A DNA stretch of 64,000 nt from Clostridia bacterium (GTDB taxonomy: Bacteria > Bacillota > Clostridia > Christensenellales > Aristaeellaceae), in NCBI GenBank assembly GCA_009784985.1, contig WQXF01000001.1, forward strand, positions 1,540 to 65,539, given 5' to 3'. This document shows, in pieces, positions 16,783-24,205 of this stretch. The translations under genes were made by a program, and so were the position numbers. Numbering within the stretch: the first letter of the stretch is position 1; each line of letters begins with the position of its first letter. The notes under the pieces were generated by a model that saw only the letters and a list, made by a program, of their open reading frames with translations, had not been told where the DNA came from and ran no database searches.

Positions 16783-17724
16783 ATGTACGAGTGGCACAGG
16801 CAGGTGCAAAAGATCGTGGACGATATCGATCAATGCATCGCGAATCGAGATGACGACGGGCTGACCCTGCGGGTGATCGCCAAAGAAAGCGGGTATTCCG
16901 AATATCATATGTCGCGCAAGTTCCAAAGCCTGTCGGGCATCTCATTGCGGGATTATTTACGAAAGCGGCGCATCGCCTTTGCGCTGATCGACGTACGCGA
17001 CACGGCCAAAAGCCTGCTGGACATCGCCGTGGACTACGGGTTTTCATCCCACGAGGCGTTCTGCCGGTCATTTAAGGCGGCGTACGGCATCCCGCCGAGC
17101 ACGTTTCGGCTAAAACCCAGGCCGGTGGTACTCCGCACAAGGCTCATCACTTTTGACCGCTACTTTATGGGGTTAGGGGAGATTGGAATGGTAAAATCCA
17201 CACAGGAAATCAAGGTGTACTTCGTGTCGATCCCGGCGCACAAGTTTTTGCACATCAAAAACTACGAGAGTGACGGCTACTTCGATTTCTGGGAGAAGCA
17301 GGACTTGATTCCAGGGGAGGACTGCGACACGGTGGCCGGCTTACTGGACAGCATCAAGGGCAAGCTGGACGGGGAAGACGGCGTGATCGGCAAATTCAGC
17401 GGCCAGATTATGGGGCGGATTTTTGAGGGCGGCAAAGTGCCTGAGGCCTATGGGGTGCGCCTGCCCGCGGACTATGCGGGCGAGGTTCCCGCGCCGATGC
17501 AGATGCTGGACGTACCGGAAGCCGAGTACATCGTGTTTGAGCATGGCAGCTTTGATTACGAGCAGGAGTGCGAAACGGTGTACGACAAAGTGCAGGCCGC
17601 GGTGGACGGCTTTGATTATGCCAACACGGATTACGCCCTAGACAATGCGGCTGGGCGCGTGGGGTACTACTTTTTTGATCCCGAGCGGTATATCAAGCGT
17701 GTTTTGCCGGTGAGGCGGAAATAA
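16783..17724 (+). CDS. AraC family transcriptional regulator with C-terminal effector-binding-like domain
   Basis: GGGAGGTGAGG precedes the ATG at 16783. HTH_18 pattern: LRVIAKESGYSEYHMSRKFQSL...GFSSHEAFCRSFKAAYGIPPSTFR. The tracked start at 16675 lies inside the repeat element. Confidence 0.8.
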   Translation: MYEWHRQVQKIVDDIDQCIANRDDDGLTLRVIAKESGYSEYHMSRKFQSLSGISLRDYLRKRRIAFALIDVRDTAKSLLDIAVDYGFSSHEAFCRSFKAAYGIPPSTFRLKPRPVVLRTRLITFDRYFMGLGEIGMVKSTQEIKVYFVSIPAHKFLHIKNYESDGYFDFWEKQDLIPGEDCDTVAGLLDSIKGKLDGEDGVIGKFSGQIMGRIFEGGKVPEAYGVRLPADYAGEVPAPMQMLDVPEAEYIVFEHGSFDYEQECETVYDKVQAAVDGFDYANTDYALDNAAGRVGYYFFDPERYIKRVLPVRRK

Positions 17725-17796
17725 CCGTCATTGCGAGCGCAGCGAAGCAATCCAGAAAGCGATTACTGGATTGCTTCGCTGCACTCGCAATGACGG
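17725..17796. repeat. 31-bp-stem hairpin (ccgtcattgcgagcgcagcgaagcaatccag / ctggattgcttcgctgcactcgcaatgacgg) between convergent genes
   Basis: The arms at 17725-17755 and 17766-17796 are complementary with one G-U, around a 10-nt loop. It starts 1 nt after the stop codon of the AraC gene and ends 8 nt before the GNAT gene stop. Confidence 0.8.
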
Positions 17797-17804
17797 CGCA
17801 TCCC

Positions 17805-18653
17805 TCACGTAAAACACAAATCCGGGAATTTAAAATCGCCCAGTTCGCAGTCCGCGCCCCGCACAAACAACGGGTCGCCGTCAAACTCCTCCCAGCGAAA
17901 GGGCGCATCCAGCCCGTCGGGCACAAAACCGAATTCCACACGGCGTACGCCGGTAAAGGGCAAGTGGGCCGCCAGCTCCTCCCAACACACCGGGCCCAGG
18001 GCAAACAAAGCATGCAAGTGGAGCGTCGCTCCTTCCTGTGATGCCACCACCAGCGTTTGAAGTGCCGGTATCTCGTACAGGCAGGCCTTATACGGCCCCA
18101 AGTGAATATGAAAAAGGGTGATGGTATCCGTGTTGGCGCAGTCCAGCACGTTTGAGAATACCTTGTGCCCCCGTACATAGCGCGCCACTTTGGGGTCGTC
18201 GAAAGCCAGCTTTACGGTTGGGCAGGCATTGTCGATGGCGCAGTCTAGCACCGGCAGCTTTTCCCGAACAGGTCGAAAGCCAAAGCGGGGGTAAAAGTCC
18301 AACACACTTTCGTTGGCAGACAGATACATGGGCGTGTTGGGATAGCACTGGATCACATGCTCCATCAGCAAACGGGCATACCCTTTGCCACGATGGTTTG
18401 GATCGGTGCATACCGCGCCCACAGACAGCGCTTCGATGAGTTTCCCCCGCCACAGCATTTGGGTCTTAAATACGCAGATGTTGGACACAATGGGGCCGTC
18501 TTCGTTGTCCAGGGCCAGGGCATAACTTTCATAGCGCTCATCCCATAAGTTTAGATCGTACCAAAAGGTGAAGTCCAAAAAGATGGGGGAGAGCAATGCG
18601 TTGAGCCGGCGTTGATAGTCCTTGTTGTTGGAGTTATTGAATAGGATAGGCAT
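17805..18653 (-). CDS. GNAT family N-acetyltransferase (two-domain, 282 aa)
   Basis: The acetyl-CoA binding motif HRGKGYARLLMEHV is preceded by a typical beta4 strand (SVGAVCTDPN). Confidence 0.75.
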   Translation of the reverse strand: MPILFNNSNNKDYQRRLNALLSPIFLDFTFWYDLNLWDERYESYALALDNEDGPIVSNICVFKTQMLWRGKLIEALSVGAVCTDPNHRGKGYARLLMEHVIQCYPNTPMYLSANESVLDFYPRFGFRPVREKLPVLDCAIDNACPTVKLAFDDPKVARYVRGHKVFSNVLDCANTDTITLFHIHLGPYKACLYEIPALQTLVVASQEGATLHLHALFALGPVCWEELAAHLPFTGVRRVEFGFVPDGLDAPFRWEEFDGDPLFVRGADCELGDFKFPDLCFT

Positions 18654-18761
18654 GGGTGTTCCTCCTCGCTCGATTTGCCATTTTATTTGTTCAGTTACAT
18701 TCTTTTTAGGTTCTTTTTGACCCGGATGGCCCGCTTAATACGTTTCAACGGGCGGGCCACC

Positions 18762-19076
18762 TTACGTTTGGATTTCATGGCGTGTGCCTCCATTATTGCC
18801 CGCGTAGCGCTTGGCCGTTTCCCAATCATTGTCTAGAAAAGCTTGGTACAGTTCCTTGTCGATCCGGCTTGGCTTTACGCGGGCAAAGATTTCTTGGTTC
18901 CAGGTGGTGTTGCAGCGTTCGCAGCGGTAGATCAGCCAGATATCCAGGTGTTTTCCGTTTGCATTCACACGAAACTTGCCACTGCACACGAACCTGCTGG
19001 TTTTTTTGCACTTGCTGCAATGGCGCGAACGGGTGGGGGCGTCTGGCCCAACCCCGCGCCGGTTTTTTCGTTCCAT
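18762..19076 (-). CDS. DUF1062-like zinc-ribbon protein
   Basis: The pattern CSKCKK...FRVNANGKHLDIWLIYRCERCNTTWN resembles DUF1062. GAGGAAG precedes the ATG at 19076. Confidence 0.6.
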   Translation of the reverse strand: MERKNRRGVGPDAPTRSRHCSKCKKTSRFVCSGKFRVNANGKHLDIWLIYRCERCNTTWNQEIFARVKPSRIDKELYQAFLDNDWETAKRYAGNNGGTRHEIQT

Positions 19077-19311
19077 ATGGCTTCCTCTTGACTTTCCAGT
19101 CGAAGCCATGACGACAAAGCAAAGCGCCCCCTTCCAAAAATCAAGGAAGAAGGCGCGAACAAATGAGCGAGCATGTTACCCATCGCACGGCTTCACTTAA
19201 TTTTTTGAAGGCGCATAGCACATAAAAGCATCAAAACTAATGTGATGCTGCTTGAACTATGCCGATCGAAAATTAAGCGATAGCTGGCATTGGATGCGCT
19301 CCTTTCTATGA

Positions 19312-19770
19312 CTATGTCGTGTGGTCGTTGTTATTGTTTATTGTTGCTTGTTCCTTCTTTCGGTAAAGAACAAAGGCTCTTATTGCAGCGCATAGCGTGT
19401 ATGTAAAAAAGAGCGGTAAAATAGTAAAATAGCCACCTTGATACCACCGCCGGGTTCTTAAGAATAATTCGGGGGCATCAAACAAATACATCGCTATTTC
19501 TGGAATGCACATCAAAAAAAGGAGAAAGATAGATGCAATGTGGGCAAAAAGCATGCTTTTGCGCTTGTAATCCTTTTTGCTAAATGTAAGAATAGCGAAT
19601 ATTATGCCAGAAATAACATAGGCAAGAGATAGCCAGTACATGGAACGATGGTCGAAAGTAAGCCTACGCACGGTTTCAGTGCTTATTGTTATTTGTTGCG
19701 TAACAACGAGGAATACCACCGGCCAAAGCGCGATTGCCAGAACATGCGCTATGTGCATATGTTTTTTCAT
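19312..19770 (-). CDS. Hypothetical 4-TM membrane protein in an AT-rich patch
   Basis: Four hydrophobic helices and an Asn-rich tail. Composition is visibly AT-rich compared with coaBC next door. Confidence 0.5.
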   Translation of the reverse strand: MKKHMHIAHVLAIALWPVVFLVVTQQITISTETVRRLTFDHRSMYWLSLAYVISGIIFAILTFSKKDYKRKSMLFAHIASIFLLFLMCIPEIAMYLFDAPELFLRTRRWYQGGYFTILPLFFTYTLCAAIRAFVLYRKKEQATINNNNDHTT

Positions 19771-19790
19771 TTGAGATCATTCCTGTCATG

Positions 19791-20999
19791 TCAGTTAATA
19801 ACATTATAGCATAGCTTGGCGATTTCGTCTAGGATGCGATGGGACAAAGCCTGCTTGGTCATTTGCGGCAGGTTGATTTCGTTTTCTGCTGTGATCAAAG
19901 AAGCGATGTTGGTATTAACGTCAAAGCCCGCGCCGGGGAGCGATACATCGTTGGCTACCACCAGATCGGCATGTTTGCGGAGCAGCTTTACCCGTGCGTT
20001 TTCGGCAAGCTTCTCGGTTTCGGCGGCAAAAGCCACAATGATTTGGCCGGGCTTTTTGCCCTCGCCTACAGCGGCGGCTACGTCTGGGTTTTGCACCAGG
20101 CGCAGCATCAATGGATCATCGTTTTGTTTTTTGAGTTTATTAGGAGCTATGGTTTCAGCCCGGTAATCGCCGGGGGCAGCCGCTTGGATGATTATGTCGT
20201 GCGACTGTGCATGGGCCATCATCAAATCCTGCAACTCCAGCGTGGTGCCAAAACGTTCAACGTTGGCTCCTGCGGGTGGGTTTAATGCAACAGCTCCGGT
20301 GAGCAATAACACCTCTGCGCCACGGGACAACGCCGCCTCTGCAAGGGCATAGCCCATTTTGCCCGAAGAACGGTTGGAGATGTAGCGCACCGGATCCAAT
20401 GGCTCCCGTGTGGGCCCGGCGGTGATCAGCACGCGCTTGCCCGCCAAATCCTGTTTGGCGCAAAGGCATGCGCACACACGATCCACGATCACATCGACTT
20501 GAGCCAACCGGCCCGCGCCCTCGTCGCCGCAAGCCAGGCGGCCACTCTCAGGCTGGATGATCCCCACGCCCCGGGCTGTGAGCACATCTAGATTTTGGCC
20601 CATGGCAGCGCTTTCCCACATGCCGGTGTTCATGGCCGGAGCCACCAGCACCGGTGCGCGGGTGGCCATCACGGTGGTGGTGAGCATGTCGTCGGCGATA
20701 CCGTTGGCCATTTTGCCCAGCACATTGGCGGTGGCGGGGGCGATCAAAAAAGCGTCGGCGCGCTTGGCCAACGCGATGTGCTCCACCTCCCAGGTAGCGG
20801 GCCGCTCGAATAGATCGCAGGCCACCGGGTGGTTCGACAGGGTTTCAAACGTGAGCGGCGCCACAAAGGCGCAGGCGCTTTTGGTCATGATCACATACAC
20901 CTGTGCGCCCAGCTTTATCAGGCGGCTGGTGATTTCCGCCGCCTTGTAGGCCGCGATGCCGCCGGTAACGCCCAGAACCACCGTTTTGCCGTGTAGCAT
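19791..20999 (-). CDS. coaBC: Bifunctional phosphopantothenoylcysteine decarboxylase / phosphopantothenate-cysteine ligase
   Basis: The N-terminal flavoprotein domain has GKTVVLGVTGGIAAYKA and the C-terminal DFP/CoaB domain has ITAGPTREPLDPVRYISNRSSGKMG. GAAGGA lies 8 nt before the ATG at 20999. Confidence 0.9.
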   Translation of the reverse strand: MLHGKTVVLGVTGGIAAYKAAEITSRLIKLGAQVYVIMTKSACAFVAPLTFETLSNHPVACDLFERPATWEVEHIALAKRADAFLIAPATANVLGKMANGIADDMLTTTVMATRAPVLVAPAMNTGMWESAAMGQNLDVLTARGVGIIQPESGRLACGDEGAGRLAQVDVIVDRVCACLCAKQDLAGKRVLITAGPTREPLDPVRYISNRSSGKMGYALAEAALSRGAEVLLLTGAVALNPPAGANVERFGTTLELQDLMMAHAQSHDIIIQAAAPGDYRAETIAPNKLKKQNDDPLMLRLVQNPDVAAAVGEGKKPGQIIVAFAAETEKLAENARVKLLRKHADLVVANDVSLPGAGFDVNTNIASLITAENEINLPQMTKQALSHRILDEIAKLCYNVIN

Positions 21000-21031
21000 A
21001 CAATCCATCCTTCAAACCGGAAGTCCGCGAG

Positions 21032-21116
21032 AGCAACGGGACGCCGAGGGCGGCGTCCCCTACGGAAGCGCATGGCCGTAACTTTGTAGGGGACGCCGCC
21101 TTCGGCGTCCCGTTGC
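21032..21116. repeat. GC-rich nested palindromic repeat (GGGACGCCGAGGGCGGCGTCCCCTAC family), copy 1, between rpoZ and coaBC
   Basis: The arms at 21032-21063 and 21086-21116 are inverted copies. Each arm contains its own 9-bp hairpin (gggacgccg/cggcgtccc). Confidence 0.8.
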
Positions 21117-21134
21117 CTGCCGTAGCGGGGGATT

Positions 21135-21350
21135 CTATTCCTCGTCAATATTCGTAGCCCGGTCGTAGGCGATCAGCCCGCGGTTCACTTCCTCCACGGC
21201 TACGCATACCGCCTTCACTTCCTTGGTGTCGATCAGCGGCTGCACACCGCCCACCAGTTGCCTGGCCCGTTTGGCTACCTCTACCACCAGCGTGTAGCGG
21301 CAATCTACCTTATCCAACAAAGTTCCGATGGGGGGATTGGTCATGGGCAT
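21135..21350 (-). CDS. rpoZ: DNA-directed RNA polymerase subunit omega
   Basis: 71 aa. The motif RYTLVVEVAKRARQL and the position between gmk and coaBC support the call. Confidence 0.85.
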   Translation of the reverse strand: MPMTNPPIGTLLDKVDCRYTLVVEVAKRARQLVGGVQPLIDTKEVKAVCVAVEEVNRGLIAYDRATNIDEE

Positions 21351-21362
21351 ACAAATTCCTCC

Positions 21363-21968
21363 TTATTCTACCGGAATGTCCGGGATGAACCGCGTGGTGC
21401 GTTGCCTTTCGGCGGCTACGATGGAGCGCAGCAAGGCCATGGATTTGTCCACCGTGTCGTTTACGATGACATACTGATACTTGGCGAGCTGATCGATTTC
21501 GCCCTTGGCGTTGTTTAGGCGGCGCTCAATCTCGCTCTGCTGATCGGTATTGCGGGTATGCAGGCGCTTGCGAAGTGTGGCATAAGAGGGGGGCAGGATA
21601 AACACCGTGACACAATCCGGCATGGCGGCGGCCACGCTGCGTGCGCCCTGGGAGTCGATGTCCAGCAGCACGTCGCGCTCGGCTTCCAGGAGGCGCCGCA
21701 CCTCCTCCCGCAGGGTTCCATAGCGGTTGCCGTGCACCAGGGCGCACTCCAAAAAGTCGCCGTTGTCCACATGGCGCTGGAATTCGTCACCGGATAAGAA
21801 GTGATAGTGTTTGCCGTTTTCTTCGCCCTCGCGCCGTCCCCGTGTGGTGGCCGATACCGAAAACTCAAACCGTGGATCCTCCTGAAGCAGCTGGGTACAC
21901 AGCGTGCCCTTGCCCGCACCGGAAGGGCCGGAGATGACCAGCAGCATGCCTTTTCGTGTGTATGGCAT
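21363..21968 (-). CDS. gmk: Guanylate kinase
   Basis: P-loop ISGPSGAGKGT, plus SATTRGRREGEENGKHYHF. Confidence 0.9.
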   Translation of the reverse strand: MPYTRKGMLLVISGPSGAGKGTLCTQLLQEDPRFEFSVSATTRGRREGEENGKHYHFLSGDEFQRHVDNGDFLECALVHGNRYGTLREEVRRLLEAERDVLLDIDSQGARSVAAAMPDCVTVFILPPSYATLRKRLHTRNTDQQSEIERRLNNAKGEIDQLAKYQYVIVNDTVDKSMALLRSIVAAERQRTTRFIPDIPVE

Positions 21969-21971
21969 GGG

Positions 21972-22247
21972 TTAATCCTCCTCTTCGTCGGCGATGCCGG
22001 TATTTTCCTTAGCGCTTAGGCGATGGGCCACGGTTTCCGGCTGCACCGCCGATAGGATCACATGGTCGCTGTCGGTGATGATCACAGCCCGTGTGCGCCT
22101 GCCGTAGGTGGCGTCGATGAGCTGGCCCCGCTCCCGGGCGTCTTGTACGATACGTTTTACGGGCGCGGAATCCGGGCCCACGATGGCGATCAGCCGGTTG
22201 GCCGATACGATATTGCCAAAGCCGATGTTAATGAGTTTGATGCCCAC
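21972..22247 (-). CDS. remA: RemA/DUF370 family regulator
   Basis: [23 protein letters not shown]...[23 protein letters not shown] matches the RemA (YlzA) pattern. Confidence 0.85.
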   Translation of the reverse strand: MGIKLINIGFGNIVSANRLIAIVGPDSAPVKRIVQDARERGQLIDATYGRRTRAVIITDSDHVILSAVQPETVAHRLSAKENTGIADEEED

Positions 22248-22274
22248 GCGTACCTCCTTGGGTTTTTGGAAACG

Positions 22275-23147
22275 TTACTCGATATTTTGCGCCTGCTCCC
22301 GCAACTTTTCGATCAGGCCCTTTACGTCTACCACCCGAGAGGTGATCGCCAGGTCTGAAGCCTTGGAGCCGATGGTGTTGATCTCGCGGTTGAGTTCCTG
22401 AATCAAAAAATCCAGCCTGCGGCCCACGCCATCGGTTCCGGAGAAGGCGGCGCGCATTTGCTCGATGTGGCTGGCCAGGCGGACAAGCTCCTCGTCGATG
22501 GCGCAGCGGTCGGCATAGATGGCCACTTCTTGGGCCAGGCGTTGGGGATCGACGGGTGTGTCCAGCAACTCGGCCAGGCGGCCTTGCAACTTTTCTTGAT
22601 AGGCGCGTACCACCAGCGGGGCACGCTCGGCGATCTGGTTGGCGGCGGTTTCAATATTGGATAACTTTGCCAGCATGTCGTCGCGCAGCGCCTCGCCCTC
22701 GCGGGTACGCATGGCGCAGGCCTCATCGCAAGCAAACCTCAGCGTTTCTTCCAGCAGGGCGATCACCGCGTCGCGGTCTTCCTCCTGTTCGGATACCACC
22801 AGTACATCGGGCAGGCGCGCGTAATCGGCCACAGATAACCCGGTGTCCGTTTGAACGGTAGCATGGATGCTATCAAATGCGTTGCGATAGGCCGAAAGCA
22901 GCGCGGTATCCACGCTCACCGTGCGGGCGTCGGTGCGGGTGTTTCGGTAGTTGATGGTTACATCCACATGGCCGCGCCGTATCTGGGCGGATAGTACCTT
23001 GCGGATGGGATCCTCTAAAAAGCCTAGGGAGCGGGGCATACGAAAGGCGATATCCAAAAACCGATGGTTTACGGTTTTGACTTCCACAGTCATTTCACGG
23101 CCATCCTGTTGGTTTTGTTTGCGGCCATACCCGGTCATGCTTTGCAC
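22275..23147 (-). CDS. yicC: YicC/YloC family endoribonuclease
   Basis: MQSMTGYGR start and C-terminal DUF1732-like EINTIGSKA. The yloC-remA-gmk-rpoZ synteny supports it. Confidence 0.85.
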   Translation of the reverse strand: MQSMTGYGRKQNQQDGREMTVEVKTVNHRFLDIAFRMPRSLGFLEDPIRKVLSAQIRRGHVDVTINYRNTRTDARTVSVDTALLSAYRNAFDSIHATVQTDTGLSVADYARLPDVLVVSEQEEDRDAVIALLEETLRFACDEACAMRTREGEALRDDMLAKLSNIETAANQIAERAPLVVRAYQEKLQGRLAELLDTPVDPQRLAQEVAIYADRCAIDEELVRLASHIEQMRAAFSGTDGVGRRLDFLIQELNREINTIGSKASDLAITSRVVDVKGLIEKLREQAQNIE

Positions 23148-23211
23148 GCTATATCCTCCACACGCTTTTCATCGGATGAGATCATACCATAGGATGGGGG
23201 AATTGGCAAGA

Positions 23212-24201
23212 TTATGGCGCGCCCAACGCCCGATAAATCTCGTCCCCCTCCGGCGGGGGCAGGGGTGTTTCGCGTTGGCCGCACAGCAGAACTCGCTCCG
23301 GCCCGGCAGTAAATTCGCCGATGATGGCAGCATGAATTTCCTGCTGGCCGAGCGTTTCGCAAAGCATTTCGCCGTTTGGGTGGGCGATCAGCATCACCCC
23401 GCTGGAAATCAGCCGCAAGGGGTCGATGCCCAGCGCATCGCATAGCTTGCGTGTAACCGGACGCACGGGGATGTCGTCCAATCGCAGGCACAGGCCCAAA
23501 CCCGATGCCTCGGCCATCTCCCAGGCTGCGCCCAGCACACCGCCCTCGGTGGCATCGTGCATGGCGGTGGCTCCGGATTGGGCGGCGATCCGGCCTTCGG
23601 GCAGTACGCTCAGTTTGCCGATCAGCCTATGGGCCTCCGACAATTCTAGCTCGGTAAGCGAGTTGCGCAGTTTGTGAGCGGCATCTTGGGCCAGGATGGC
23701 CGTGCCCTCCAAGGCGGCTTGTTTGGTCATCACCAGGGCGTCGCCGGGGCGCGCGCCGCCGGTACGCTTTAGCGCTTCTAACTTTACCCGCCCCACCACC
23801 GTGGAGGAGAGCACCATGCGCCGCACCGCATCCGTGACCTCGGTATGACCGCCGATGATTTGCAGGCCTTGGGCGGCGGCTTCTTCTGCCGCCTCCCGTA
23901 CCACCTTGCCGATATCTTCGGGGGTAGCTTCCGGTGGGGCCAGCACGGTGAGCAGTACACCCAGGGGCTCCGCGCCCGCCGCGGCCACATCGTTCACCGA
24001 AACCTGCACGGCCAGCTGCCCAAGCTTTGAACCCGCTGCGGTGATGGGATCGGTGGATAATACGCAGGCTTCATCGCCAAAGCGCAGGGCCGCGCAGTCC
24101 TCGCCCACGCCCGGACCCAGCAGCACATCGTTGCGGTTGGGGCCCAGCTCGGACAAAATGAGCCGTTGTAATTCAAAGTTGGTTAGTTTGCCTGTGCGCA
24201 T
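23212..24201 (-). CDS. AIR synthase-related (PurM/HypE-like) family protein
   Basis: Pattern GVGEDCAAL...LSTDPIT...VNDVAAAGAEP...IGGHTE. The ATG at 24201 follows GAAGGA. The tracked TTG start at 24219 overlaps the end of ligA. Confidence 0.75.
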   Translation of the reverse strand: MRTGKLTNFELQRLILSELGPNRNDVLLGPGVGEDCAALRFGDEACVLSTDPITAAGSKLGQLAVQVSVNDVAAAGAEPLGVLLTVLAPPEATPEDIGKVVREAAEEAAAQGLQIIGGHTEVTDAVRRMVLSSTVVGRVKLEALKRTGGARPGDALVMTKQAALEGTAILAQDAAHKLRNSLTELELSEAHRLIGKLSVLPEGRIAAQSGATAMHDATEGGVLGAAWEMAEASGLGLCLRLDDIPVRPVTRKLCDALGIDPLRLISSGVMLIAHPNGEMLCETLGQQEIHAAIIGEFTAGPERVLLCGQRETPLPPPEGDEIYRALGAP

Positions 24202-24205
24202 ATCT

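Noticed and set aside
18695-18778. 27-codon minus-strand ORF encoding a very basic peptide (MKSKRKVARPLKRIKRAIRVKKNLKRM), overlapping the DUF1062 stop region.
   Set aside because: No convincing RBS was seen, it overlaps the preceding gene's end, and the evidence is composition only. It cannot be supported without conservation or expression data.
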